From positions 7,952,925 to 7,989,911 of the forward strand of contig NC_068984.1 of assembly GCF_001194135.2 (NCBI RefSeq): a stretch of DNA of 36,987 bases, written 5' to 3'. Position numbers and translations under genes: made by a program. Below, one piece after another: positions 1 to 11,937 of the stretch. This DNA comes from Octopus bimaculoides. Taxonomy: Eukaryota. Under the pieces are notes generated by a model. The model did no database searches. It was not told the DNA's origin and saw nothing but the letters and a program-made list of their open reading frames with translations. Numbering within the stretch: position 1 is the stretch's first letter; every line of letters begins with the position of its first letter.

Positions 1-93
1 TATCATTATTATTATTATTATTATTATTATTTAATTTATGCATTATTAGATATAATTTGGACTAGCAACAACAGCAATAACAATGACAATAAC

Positions 94-220
94 GGTTTCA
101 GTTTTTTGTGGAAAGCTGGCAATTTTGAAGGAGGGATAAATCAACAGCATAGACCCTAGTGCTAAACTGGTACTTGTTTTATAAACCCCGAAAGGATGAA
201 AGACAAATTCCACCTCGGGG
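94..220 (-). mobile_element. tRNA-derived SINE family A (OK-like), 5'-truncated fragment
   Basis: Matches the body of the fuller copies at 29507-29719 and 36712-36915 (ccccgaaaggatgaaag.caaa...cctcgg). Confidence 0.8.
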
Positions 221-251
221 CCTTAGTAATAATAATGATAATGATAATAGA

Positions 252-563
252 AAATACTGTCCCTTAAAATTTGAACTAGGAAGAATTTGGATCATGCGAA
301 CAGCAAAAGTTGTGCCTATAATAATTGGTGCGTTGGGAACAGTAAGCAAAGATATACAGAAATGGCTGAAGGAGATTGCAACAGAGTGCTTGGTAGAGTT
401 CCTACAGAAAGTTTGCCTCTTAGTGGGAGCAATGATTATTAGGAGGATTCTGAGCACTTGAAAGACCGCCGAAAACTTGTGGGTACCTTAAGGTTACAGT
501 TAGTAACCTGCTACCCACATAAATTTTACCAGGAATAAGATCGAACCTGAACGAAACCAAAAA
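252..563 (+). mobile_element. R4/Dong-like LINE 3' fragment (end of RLE domain plus 3'UTR), lineage F1
   Basis: ORF end reads KYCPLKFELGRIWIMRTAKVVPIIIGALGTVSKDIQKWLKEI..LQKVCLLVGAMIIRRILST*. The 3'UTR is homologous to the minus-strand copy at 15573-15711. Microsatellites flank both sides. Confidence 0.9.
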
Positions 564-576
564 TGATGATGATGGT

Positions 577-579
577 GAT

Positions 580-665
<86 letters not shown>
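577..665. repeat. (AAC)n-(AAT)n microsatellite
   Basis: Direct reading. Confidence 0.98.
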
Positions 666-1172
666 GAGAAGTACAAATTTGGGAATACAATTGAGAGCGA
701 CAAATGCAGAATGTGCAGGGAGAGGGGCGAAACAGTATTGCATATTGTTAGCGAGTGCCCGAAATTGACACAACGCGAATACAAAAGACATGCCAATGTG
801 GTAAGAATGATCCATTGGGAACACTGTGGAAATCACGGCCTACAAAGAGCAAAAGCGTAGTATGATCGAATCCCAGAAGGAGGTAACGAGAAAGAAGTTT
901 CAAAAATCCTGTGGGATGCAATGATTCAGTGGGGACCATCAGATCAGATATCGGAAACCGGACATTGTTGTGGCGAGCAAAAAACAAAACAAAACAAAAA
1001 AACTTGCATGATAATGGACACTGATATCCCAGTGACAACAGGATCAAAGAGAAAGGAGAAGAGAAACTCCAACAGCTATGACGATCTGAAGTGGGAAATA
1101 TGCAGGTTCTGGGCAATGAAGAAAGTGTACGTGATGCCAGTAGTAAGTGGCGCACTTGGAAGTATCAGCACT
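666..1172 (+). mobile_element. R4/Dong-like LINE fragment (CCHC knuckle plus RLE), decayed
   Basis: KCRMCRERGETVLHIVSECPKLTQREYKRHANVVRMIHW..KILWDAM, then YDDLKWEICRFWAMKKVYVMPVVSGALG. Contains stops and frameshifts. Confidence 0.9.
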
Positions 1173-1174
1173 CA

Positions 1175-1176
1175 AC

Positions 1177-1230
<54 letters not shown>
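1175..1230. repeat. (TAG)n microsatellite
   Basis: Direct reading. Confidence 0.98.
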
Positions 1231-1319
1231 CAATTGATTAGATTGATAATATTGGTATCAAATTTCTCACAAGGCCCCCAATTTCGGGTGAAGGAGTTAA
1301 GTAAATTACATCGACCAGA

Positions 1320-1905
1320 GGACAGGGAAGCAATTTGGTTTTGGAGTAATATCTGTTTAGAAGAAGTCAAACACAAAGAGAGTATAATACCTTAGCGTCA
1401 AGAAGCGAAAGAAGAATTCAGTGACATGGAAATACAAAAGGAGATTATCATAACGTTGGAAGGTATACAAGCAGGAATTGATAAGATGAGAAATTGAATT
1501 CATCTGGCCTGAATCTAGTTCAGGGTGTTCCAAGGATTGGTGAATTTGCATCTGGAGCTACAAAAACTCTTGCAAGACTGTGTATGCCGAGGAAATATGT
1601 CAATGTGGATAGTCAACGGAAGAAGCGTGTTGATCCAGAATGATCCAGCAAGGGGTGCTGAGGTTAGTAACGATCGTCCGATTGCCTGTTTACTTGTGAT
1701 GTGGAAGCTTCTAACTGGAATAATTGAGAAAACAATGTCTATACGACCATCTTGAAAGAAGTGAACTGCTGGCAGATGAAGAGAAAAACAGCAGAGAGGG
1801 GCCCCGATGAACAAATGGTCAGTTGCTGGTAAATAAAAGTAATTTTGAGAAACTGTTGGAGAAGATTGACAAGCTTATCAATGGCTTGAACTGACTGTAA
1901 GAAGT
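1320..1905 (+). mobile_element. R4/Dong-like LINE fragment, N-terminal RT subdomains
   Basis: WIVNGRSVLIQNDPARGAEVSNDRPIACLLVMWKLLTGII..HLERSELL..MA*TDCKK corresponds to the RT 'GRT.LI.K..NYRPI.CL..WKLLT' and 'AWIDYKK' motifs. Multiple frameshifts. Confidence 0.85.
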
Positions 1906-1928
1906 GATATTATATAGTTCTCCATTCC

Positions 1929-2247
1929 TGAAGAAGAAGAAGAAGAAGAAGAAGAAGAAGAAGAAGAAGAAGAAGAAGAAGAAGAAGAAGAAGAAGAAGA
2001 AGAAGAANNNNNNNNNNNNNNNNNNNNNNNNNNNNNNNNNNNNNNNNNNNNNNNNNNNNNNNNNNNNNNNNNNNNNNNNNNNNNNNNNNNNNNNNNNNNN
2101 NNNNNNNNNNNNGAGGAGGAGGAGGAGAAGAAGAAGAAGAAGAAGAAGAAGAAGAAGAAGAAGGAGGAGGAGGAGGAGGAGGAGAAGAAGAAGAAGAAGA
2201 AGAAGAAGAAGAAGAAGAAGAAGAAGAAGAAGAAGAAGAAGAAGAAA
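1929..2247. repeat. (GAA)n/(GAG)n microsatellite spanning an assembly gap
   Basis: Direct reading; N gap at 2008-2112. Confidence 0.97.
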
Positions 2248-2399
2248 TAGAACATATTAGCATATTAGTATAAAAAGAGGATAAGGAAAATGTTGAAGTG
2301 AAAGTTGAGTGGTGGTAACAATATCAACCACAATTTGTGAAGCGATCTTTATTATTATATACGGAAGTGGTGTAAATGAGGAGACGAGATCAGAGCTAC

Positions 2400-3185
2400 A
2401 GGCCTTAGACTGTCTATTAGCTTATTTTAAACCAGGCTAAATGAATTTAACTGTTATAAATAATAACCTCAAACTGTACTTCAATAACGAAAGAGACCTT
2501 GATTTTCTTGTCCAAACAGTAAGGAGATTTAGCGAGGATAATGATATGCAGTTTGTGGGTGAATAAGTGTGCAGTGCTGATCACGAAGAGAGGTGGAATG
2601 ATTAAATCTGATGGTTTAAAGTTGCCACAAGATGATATTATTAATTGTGTGATAGATGAGAGATACAAATAACTAGGAGCGCTGATAGCAGATGGTGGCC
2701 ACGAGATGATTGTCACTCGATTGCTGAGAAATAAGGAAGAATACAAATACTCAGGAGTGGTGGAAAAAGAAATGATAGGAAATCTTCAAAGAGTAAATGA
2801 ATTAGGGGAGGAGATCAGACCAAAATTAATTAGAGGGAAAGTTATCAAGGCAATCAATAGTTGGGCCATGCCGGTTCCAGATACTCTGCTGCTTTGCTTA
2901 AAGTTGACAAAGACGAACATCAGGAATTGAAAAGAGGAATAAGGGAGATGCTCACAATGCACAACGCGCATTATTACTTTAAAGGGGATATCGACAGGCT
3001 CTACTTAGCAAGAAATGATGGAGACAGAGGATTAACAAACGCAGACGACAGCATCAGTGCCAAGATTTTACACTGGAAAAACTATGTTGTACGCCGTGAA
3101 AAAAGAGCATTGTCCGCGGCCAGAAATATCCAAAAAGTCACTGAAACTGTAAGAGAATTCAAGAACCGAAAGAACGACAGGGCAA
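2400..3185 (+). mobile_element. R4/Dong-like LINE fragment, C-terminal RT and thumb region (possibly the same copy as 1320-1905)
   Basis: NNLKLYFNNERDLDFLVQTVRRFSEDNDMQF; KVIKAINSWAMP; REMLTMHNAHYYFKGDIDRLYLARNDGDRGL (the DRLY..R..GGRGL motif). Confidence 0.85.
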
Positions 3186-4458
3186 ACATTTTGTGAAGGC
3201 TCCATGGAAGTCCTCCAAGCTGAATATATCCAGGACTTTTGTCACAGCCTTATTAATGTCTTCCATGTCTTGATCTTCTTAATGTCTGTTCATGATGTTC
3301 ATGATGTTCTCTTTAAGCTTGGAAAACAACCAAAAGTCACAGGGAGAAAGGTCATAGACTGTAGGAAGGATGAGGAATAGTCTTGGTGCTCATCTCTGTC
3401 AAGATTTTGGCCACCAGTGTGCTCGTCGCCGAGCATCATGGGAACAAACTGTGCACATATTTTGTGTGTTCAGATCTTCATACAAGTCGAAAAACTATTT
3501 GTGTAAAGGATTCCGAAGAAAGAGAAATGAAGACGAATGGAATAAAATTTAGTTTAGAACGAAAGAAAAGACTAAAACTGGCAGTGTCACGTGACTGTGA
3601 GAAGTATTGCAGAGTTGAAGCAAGAAAGGGGCCAATAAAATCAGAGAAACGATTCTGAACCCTGTTGAGGTGACCCAAGTGACAAATAGTACGCCTACAC
3701 AATTATAAAAACAGTATTTCATACAAAGGTGAATTGGGAGACTTGTAAAGATACAGAAAAAGGCTCCGGATATGAGATAGTCATTTGATCTACATAATGA
3801 CCCACACCTTATGAAAAGCAGACGTACAAATTGACTGTATGCAGGAAAATCAGGTGACAAATTAAAATCAGTCAATTCTAAAGAAGACCTTTCCTTCAGT
3901 AGATGGACTACCTCAACATGTGATAGTTCTGTGTACACTTTCCACACCATCTCCAAACTGTATGTTTATAGTCTTCTTTATAGACAGACGAAAGTCATCA
4001 ACTAGACAACTGTGGCCTTTCTAAACTGGTTTTGATGTTCTGTCGTCCTTCTCCCTCCCACACCTCTCATCGTCTCTCACCGTCTCTCTACCGTCTTTGA
4101 ACCACTTGTGCCAGCAAGAAACACAAACGCAATTCGTGCAAGTTCATCCATAAGCAATGTGAAGCATTTCACAAGATTTTGTCGTGATTTTTTACCCAAC
4201 TTAACACGAATTTTTTATTGTGTAGCGAGCTTCCAAATTATCGTTAGATCCCAACTACATTCTGCGAATTAGTCAGCTGTGATAAGCAGTGTTTTGTAAG
4301 GTTGTTCAAGGTGCTGTTACAACCCTCTCCTTCAAGCTGGAATAACGAAAGTTGCTTAGTAGATGTATAGTAAAGGATACACTAAGATTACAATAATGTT
4401 GGATATATATAACTTACACTAAAAAAAAAGTCTCAAGACTTCTGAAATACACTTCATA
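3186..4458 (-). mobile_element. Decayed mariner (Tc1/mariner) DNA transposon, internally deleted, with a nested insertion
   Basis: Minus strand, frameshift-corrected: LEARYTIK..MLHIAYG..WHKWFK.GRETVRDDERCGR..SVHRTI | EDLNTQKICAQFVPMML | KILTEMSTKTIPHPSYS.DLSPCDFWLFSKLK..AVTKVLDIFSLEDFHGAFTKCL. These match the mariner HTH, FVP and YSPDLAPCD motifs. A TA plus TIR-like end (TA-TGAAGTGTATTTCAGAAGT) lies at 4458-4438. Confidence 0.8.
3482..3916 (+). mobile_element. ~435-bp insertion inside the mariner; possibly an old RTE/LINE linker remnant
   Basis: Interrupts the mariner between HRTI and EDL, with CAT on both sides. Only weak LINE-like peptides (KRLKLAVSRDCEKY; LYAGKSGD). Confidence 0.35.
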
Positions 4459-4478
4459 AATGGTAAACGCAAACTATT

Positions 4479-4880
4479 AGGCGCAGGAGTGGCTGTGTGG
4501 TAAGCAGCTTGCTTACAAACCACATGGTTCCGGGTTCAGTCCAACAGCGTGGCACCTTGGGCAAGTGTCTTCTACTATAGCCACGGGCGCATCAAAGCCT
4601 TGGGAGTGGATTTGGTAGACAGAAACTGAAAGAAACCCGTCGTATATATGTGTATATATATATGTGTCTGTGTGTGTCTGTATTTGTCCCCCTAGCATTG
4701 CTTGACAACCGATGTTTGTGTGTTTATGTCCCCGTAACTTAGCGGTTCGGCAAAAGAAACAGATAGAATAAGTACTAGGCTTACAAAGAATAAGTCCCGA
4801 GGTCGATTTGCTCGACTAAAGGCGGTGCTCCAGCATGGCCGCAGTCAAATGACTGAAACAAGTAAAAGAGTAAAAGAGTA
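4479..4880 (+). mobile_element. tRNA-derived CORE-like SINE family B, full length
   Basis: A-box-like TGGCTGTGTGG, B-box-like GGTTCAGTCC, CORE-like caccttgggcaagtgtctt, internal TA/TG microsatellite, and tail ggcggtgctccagcatggccgcagtc..(gtaaaaga)n. Other copies at 9727 and 34419. Confidence 0.9.
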
Positions 4881-5079
4881 TTATTATGTATTTTTACAGA
4901 AGTAGGGAAGAAAAAGGAGAAGGCAAATNNNNNNNNNNNNNNNNNNNNNNNNNNNNNNNNNNNNNNNNNNNNNNNNNNNNNNNNNNNNNNNNNNNNNNNN
5001 NNNNNNNNNNNNNNNNNNNNNNNNNNNNNNNNNNNNNNNNNNNNNNNNNNNNNNNNNNNNNNNNNNNNNNNNNNNNNNN

Positions 5080-5255
5080 GTCGTCGTCGTCGTCGTCATT
5101 GTCATAATCATCATCGTCGTCGTCATTGTTATAATCATCATTATCTTCATCGTCATAATCGTCATCATCGTCATCATACATCACCATCATCATCATACAT
5201 CACCATCATCATCATCATCACCACCATCATTACCGTTGTCGTCGTCGTCGTCGTC
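5080..5255. repeat. Degenerate (TCG)/(TCA) trinucleotide repeat next to a gap
   Basis: Direct reading. Confidence 0.9.
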
Positions 5256-6412
5256 AGCCGCAGTAGTGGGAGGAGTCGCATTATCAGGAAGATGTGGAGA
5301 GCAACAAATATTAAAATAACAAACGGATAGCATCGATAAACAGCAGCAAATGTCAGAACCAGAAAAAAGCAAAAAAGATGTAGAATACACAATACACAAA
5401 TATGCAGAAATATGCGATAAATACAGGGAAATATGCAGTAAATATATAAAAATATGTAATAGATATATAGAATAAGAAAATGAAAATAGGAATCTTGAAA
5501 ACATTAAGTAAAAAACGGTCTCTAGTCAATGCCAAGCACAACGAAACAAACAGACAGACATAGGTGAGTCATTAGAAATATCGTGTCTAGCAATTTATTG
5601 ATGAAAAACCTGGCAAAAAAATTCTTCAATTTTAGCCAAACTATCAATATCTGACCATTAATGATATTATATAATGGAAATTATATACTTAGAGGCTAAC
5701 AGCAATGGCGGATTGGCAGATTGGGTATTCAAGCGACGTCAATAAACAATCACATCACTAAATTAATGGAATATATTCATATTCTTGTCATACCTGCTTA
5801 TTAAGGTCTGTGAAAAGTTCAAAGTGTCTAGCAAAATCTATATCTAAAAATGGCCGACATGCAATATTGTAGCATTTGCGTATATATATTGATGAATAAA
5901 TCAAAGTTAATCGAGGAGATATCTGTATTAAACGTAACGAAGAGGGGGGGATTATTCTCAGTAACCAGAATTTGACTCGCTGGAACCCTATCAGCAATGA
6001 AATCTTTGATAAGGAATTCGTAATCTAATAAATAAAAGATGTCTGAATCGTATGTGACGGCGATACAACGAAGTAAGTCCTACTACGTAAAGTCTAAGTG
6101 GGCACGTGACATGCTGTAAGTTGAACAGAAAAAAACCCTGGAATCACATCCAAGTGGTTTCGAAAATATCATAGCTTGGATGGGATGGATAATATCGTCG
6201 GTGACAATGCAGAGAAAATTGACGATCTACTGATAAGGAGGAACGTTCTTGAGATTTGAGGAGGCTTGTCACAAACCTCAGGATAATAACCCAGCTAATT
6301 AAATTAGGATGAACTAGCTTGATAATGATGATGACGATGACGATGATGACGACGACGACAATGATGATGTTGATGATGATGATATAAAGAAAAAAGATAA
6401 TAATGGTTTCAA

Positions 6413-6616
6413 ATGTTAACACAAGGCCAGTGATTTCGGGGCAGGTGGTTAGTCAATTATATCGATCCCAGTGCATAACTGGTAATTATTTTACCGACCC
6501 CCAAAAGGATGAAAGGCAAGTTTGACCTGGGCGGAATTTGAGCTCAGAACGTAAAACAGACAAATTGCTGCTTAGCATTTTACTTGGCGTGCTAACAATC
6601 CCGCCAGGTCGGTGCC

Positions 6617-6618
<2 letters not shown>
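6413..6618 (-). mobile_element. tRNA-derived SINE family A (OK-like)
   Basis: Reverse complement shows the head ggcaccgacctggcgggattgttagcacgcc..ttctgagctcaaattccgcc and the family body. Confidence 0.9.
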
Positions 6619-6680
<62 letters not shown>

Positions 6681-6705
6681 TGATAATTATGATGATGATG
6701 ATGAT
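6619..6705. repeat. (TAA)n-(TGA)n microsatellite
   Basis: Direct reading. Confidence 0.98.
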
Positions 6706-6829
6706 ATTTTGATCTACTAAGGAGTCTAAGTCACTAGATATTCTATCAATCTAAGGGGCCTTTTTATTGTGTGCTGTTTCTTCCGCCCAAATTTTATTCC
6801 AAAATTCCTGCACTTCTTTTGATGGAACA

Positions 6830-7183
6830 GACTAAAATAATGCCTGTTGTCATAGGTGCCCTGAGAATGATAGCAAAAGAGGCTGATTCCTACCTAGCTC
6901 AGGTACCAGGAAACCCCAAAATGGCTGAAGTTCAAAAGATAGTGCTCATGGGAACTGCCCATATCCTACGTAAAATACTGTCTATGTGATTTCAAATTTT
7001 AAAACAAATTCATAATTTTCTTATGGTCTCTTAAACATTCTCTAGTACAATACTTTATGCAAAACCAAATATATGACACACTAAGCTTAACACCAACTTG
7101 AACTTCTAACTTGTTGTCTCTTGAGGTTTTTGGGTTAGACTTGTAGCCAACTTGTACAAATGTAAAGCAAAAGTCAAACATAA
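6830..7183 (+). mobile_element. R4/Dong-like LINE 3' fragment, lineage F2
   Basis: TKIMPVVIGALRMIAKEADSYLAQVPGNPKMAEVQKIVLMGTAHILRKILSM*. The 3'UTR is shared with 20765-21183 and ends in (TAA)n. Confidence 0.9.
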
Positions 7184-7261
7184 AATAATAATAATAGTAA
7201 TAATAATAATGATAATAATAATAATAATAATAATAATTATTATTATTATTATTATTATCAT

Positions 7262-7461
7262 CCTTTCTATTTGTAGGCACAAGGCCTGAAATCTTGGGGG
7301 TAGGAATAAATCGATTACATCGACCCCGGTACTTGACTGGCAATTTATCGGCTGAAAGGCATACTTAACATCGGCGGAATTTGAACCCAGAACGTAGTGA
7401 CGGGCAGAATACTGTTAAGCATTTTGTCCAGCGTGCTACCGATTAGGCCAGCGCACCGCCT
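7262..7461 (-). mobile_element. tRNA-derived SINE family A (OK-like)
   Basis: Head aaggcggtgcgctggcctaatcggtagcacgc..ggttcaaattccgcc on the minus strand; tail ttgtgcctacaaatagaaagg. Confidence 0.9.
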
Positions 7462-7472
7462 TAATGATAATG

Positions 7473-7527
<55 letters not shown>

Positions 7528-7601
7528 TAATAATAATAACAACATTAACAATAACAACAACAACAATAATAATAATAATAATGATAATAATAATAATAAT
7601 A

Positions 7602-7663
<62 letters not shown>
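7462..7663. repeat. (TAA)n switching to (TTA)n microsatellite, running into a gap
   Basis: Strand switch near 7602; N gap from 7664. Confidence 0.97.
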
Positions 7664-7920
7664 NNNNNNNNNNNNNNNNNNNNNNNNNNNNNNNNNNNNN
7701 NNNNNNNNNNNNNNNNNNNNNNNNNNNNNNNNNNNNNNNNNNNNNNNNNNNNNNNNNNNNNNNNNNNNNNNNNNNNNNNNNNNNNNNNNNNNNNNNNNNN
7801 NNNNNNNNNNNNNNNNNNNNNNNNNNNNNNNNNNNNNNNNNNNNNNNNNNNNNNNNNNNNNNNNNNNNNNNNNNNNNNNNNNNNNNNNNNNNNNNNNNNN
7901 NNNNNNNNNNNNNNNNNNNN

Positions 7921-7965
7921 CTGCGCTGGGTAGTGAAGTGAAAGCACGTTATAAAAATAAAACTA

Positions 7966-7968
<3 letters not shown>
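7921..7968 (+). mobile_element. R4/Dong-like 3'UTR terminus, lineage F3
   Basis: ctgcgctgggtagtgaagtgaaagcacgttataaaaataaaactactgaa is nearly identical to 22041-22090 and is followed by (TAA)n to about 8052. Confidence 0.85.
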
Positions 7969-8052
<84 letters not shown>

Positions 8053-9726
8053 TTCTTCTAAACTATACTTACGACAATCCGTAAGAGAGAGAAAGAGAGA
8101 GAGGGGGAAGAGAGAAGGAGAGAAAGGGTGAGAGGTAACGAGAAAGAAAAAAGTCACTCTGTAAATAAGATCCTCGAATCAACCTCGGCAATATCGGGGA
8201 TAAAAGATAAAGAAAAAACCCTAATGGAGGTAACCTCCAGCACCAGTAACCATACATTCTTTACTTACTAGTTCAGACTTCGAAGTCTACAACATGGAAG
8301 TAAACAAAAGTATTGTGCCCGTTAGTTTAGCGAAAACATTAAATGTTATATAAAATGATTTTCTTATATATATATATGATATTAATAGTATCTGCGAATA
8401 CACTTTATTAATAATAACAATATCAACTATTTATTATATTATCAGGATGTTCTCTACAGGAAAACGAAAAACGAAAAATAAAAAAAACAATTCGGCTTCC
8501 ATTCCATAATTGAATAACATCTTCATAAACGAAGTGAAGTCAATAATTGGAATTTCCCAAGAAGAGTCACTGACCTCTCTGCTCTTCTGAGTATCATTTG
8601 CAGTTTTAAATGAATTACTGCAATTGATGTAAACAGAATGTAGCTGCGAACCGAATAGTAACTTAATAAATCAACCATTCGGAAAATATTACTTCTTTTT
8701 ATATTGCTCCTTGATAACCATAGTATCATTAATTAAAAGTTAAAGATTCGATAATTGGTTTGTTGCTTCTGTGATGGAAGAAATGATAAAGGAATATCTA
8801 ACTCGATGGAAAGAGTTCGGTTTTTCTCTCCTCTCCCCGTCGACATGGTCAAAACGCTTACCCAAGGTTGCATGTCATGTGATTGATCTCGCAAGCACGT
8901 GGTACATAACCTACTTAAAGATATTTGAAAACGGAAGCAATTATATGTAAACCACTATGTTGAGTTAGTAGAGACAATGATAGGATTTGATGTTGAAAAT
9001 TATGCCGGAATTATATTGTAGATTAGGAAATAGATAACGTGTTACGGAATTCTGAATCGAAATATACCTACAAATATTAGAAGTTGGTCAAAAGAAGCAC
9101 AAACAACATAAGTTTATTGTAAGATTCGACGCTTCCGATTTGTGGAACTTAAAACACGTTTTGTTTCTCATTGAAAATAGAATGGCAATAAGCACGACAA
9201 CACCACTTGTTGTACACAACAGAAATAATTCAATTAAAGATGAGTAATGCGTTAACTTGAGATTGCAAAATCAGTAAAAACCTCAACTTCTATAGAATAA
9301 AAAAAAAAGAGATTTCTTTAATGGAAGAATGATAGAAAATAAATATAACTTTTGTTGATCCTCCATAACAACAGAGTTGATATTGTTGACCTTAGCACTG
9401 AATTTCTTGTAAATCGATGTTTTTAGAGCAAATACGAAGAAAGATGTAGAAAGTTTTCGTTGGAAAGAAATTAGGAACGAAGTCAAGTTAAGGGTAATAG
9501 GAAATTAATTTAGAATGAAGCAAGAGGGGGTGGGAAAAAGGGTAACGTTGGGACAACAGGGTGAACATGGGTCATTAATTTCGAGAAACAGGAACTATTA
9601 TATTGGACGAGAGAGAAAGGAAGAGTTAGCTCGATGACTGATTAATGGGTGTAGCCAATCGGTAAGTGATCTGCTCCTTGTATTCAGTTGACGTTTGTGG
9701 GGATACCAGTGACATTTCAAGAAGTT

Positions 9727-9884
9727 TAAGGGCGTGGCTGTGTAGTACGATAATTGCTCTCAACCTCATCGTTCGACGTTCATCCCATTGCATGGTACCC
9801 TGAACAAGTGTCTTGTAGAATGGGCTTGGGCCGAACAAAGGCCTGTAAGTAAATTTAGTAAACGGAAACTGAAAGAAGCCCACC

Positions 9885-9925
<41 letters not shown>

Positions 9926-10186
9926 TGTGTGTGTGTGTGTGTGTGTGAGTGAGTGCACATGTGTGTGTTCTTGTATCAGTGTTTGTTCGCCCACCAACAC
10001 TTCATACAAGGTGTTGGCGTGTTTACGCCCCCGTACTTACCGGTTCGACCAAAGAGACTGATAAAATAAGTAGCAGTCTTTAAAAAAAAAGTAACGAATG
10101 GGGTCGATTAATTCGATTAAAAATTCTTGAAAGCAGTGCTCCAGTATGGCCGCAGTTCAATGACTGAAGCAATTAAACAATAAAAG
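9727..10186 (+). mobile_element. tRNA-derived CORE-like SINE family B, older diverged copy
   Basis: Colinear with 4479-4880: head, ggtaccctgaacaagtgtctt, (TA)n(TG)n, and tail cagtgctccagtatggccgcag. Confidence 0.88.
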
Positions 10187-11025
10187 ATTGCATGGGTTCA
10201 GAGACTATGTATTCTCTTCATAAAAGAAGGCTATCCAATAGAATGTTGTATTTTTCTTGTTTACCCTCAAAGAGTTATCTAGATAACTCTGAAAGCGAGC
10301 TGTGATCAATGTTGTTCCAACCGAAATAATCTGTTTCTTTTGTCTATAGTTAGAATTATATAAGTTTACGTCACCCTTTATAGACGGTACGGTTCCAATA
10401 GATTTGGATTTTATTTCTAACACATCATGCAGCTGTGCAAAGGCTCCCGCGATGATTACATAGCTTAAAGGTATGTAGTCCCCACAGAACGTCTTTCTTT
10501 AGTAGTTAGGATTATACATATATCACCTTTTGATGAAATACATGCCACAGATCATATTTTATCTATAGTTAGGACTATAAAGATTTTTCTAGAAAAAGGA
10601 ATTTCAGTGACTACGTATGTATATGAGCTCAGAGTTGCATTTATCTATAGGGAGGGCTATAGGTATTTACCATCTAGATTTGAAGCAACCACAAAATTTT
10701 ATTAGAGATTGTGTTTTAGTTATAATTTGCGCAAAGATTGTTTCTGGACGATTTAGAACGGACGGGGTGTGAATTCTGTAGAAGCTGTAGTGAATTGAGG
10801 TCCTATTCCAACACGTTTCCAATAAATTAGAGACGAGTTGGAATCATAAAACAGATGTGATCCAATAATGTTTTGATGTCAATGGCAACAATGTTGCTTT
10901 CTTTGAAATCCTCAAAGACAAACTAACGCAAGATGGCGTAGAAATTTCGAAATTTCTCTACGAAAGTCATATTTGTGATTAGTAGTTGGGAAAAAATGGG
11001 AGATTTCAACAACAAAGATAATAAT

Positions 11026-11211
11026 AGATTCAAGTTTTGGTACAAGGTCGGCAATTTCTTGGGAGAGGTAACTTCGATTATAACGACCCCAATGATCAAC
11101 TGATAGTTATTTTATCGATCTCAAGAGGATGAAAGGCAAAGTCAACCTCGGCGAAATTTGAACTCAGAACTTAAAGACGGATGAAATACCGCTAAACATT
11201 TTGCCCAGCGT
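11026..11211 (-). mobile_element. tRNA-derived SINE family A (OK-like), lacking the extreme 5' end
   Basis: ggatgaaaggcaaagtcaacctcggcgaaatttgaactcagaac is shared with the other copies. Confidence 0.9.
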
Positions 11212-11937
11212 TGTGGTTCCGCTTGAACGTTTACATCGGAATCAACCTCGCTACAATTCACCCAACGACCAGATGGTTGTTTTAAACTTGGAGGTATTTA
11301 AGCCTTATTAAAATATTTCTTTAACACAATAATACACAAAGATTCTCTCTTATCTTTAGATTTTGATTCTGTCCTTTTGATATTGAGAAATTGGAGGTGA
11401 AGAAAAAAATCTTGACTAGGATCTGGCGGCGCGGTCAGAGAGTTTGTTCTTCTTGAGTATGGCATCGACTGTCAAGTATTTTAACAAGATGTGTTTGACA
11501 AGTAGGAGACAAAATTAGAAACATTGACACAGTGTTTGTGTGTGTGTGACAGAGAGAGAATGTATGTGTGTGATTATGCTTGTATGTACGTGTTTATGTT
11601 TGTGTACATCTTCTAGTGAGCGTGTGTATGTGCACGTAGAACCTAATTAATAGAAGTAAACAAAAAAAAAATGAGTGCTGCAAATACTGCACAATCATTA
11701 GGATTGAAAATACGCTACCAAAAAAAGAAGCAAAAAGTTAAAGGTGAAGAAGAAATTTAAATTTAGGAATAGAGAAATATTCTACGAAGTGGAGTATAAT
11801 AACTGATGAAGTAGCCAGAAATTTAAAATATGGTGCGGAAAACATATCAGAAGAAATGTTAACATGTGAAGGTTAAATTTGAACCAGCAGATGGAAAGTA
11901 ATGGTGAAATAAGTTAAACCAGCGAATGAAATTAAAG

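Noticed and set aside
8440-8680. About 80-codon stop-free minus-strand frame (HSVYINCSNSFKTANDTQKSREVSDSSWEIPIIDFTSFMKMLFNYGMEAEL) with a possible CAG acceptor
   Set aside because: No recognisable homology, no convincing donor and a weak polypyrimidine tract; compatible with chance. RNA-seq or BLASTx would be needed.
10400-10486. Exon-like CAG..AAG|GTATGT segment
   Set aside because: All three frames contain stops within the 38-nt candidate.
11804-11822. CTGATGA..GAAA hammerhead-like core
   Set aside because: No stem II or stem I pairing.
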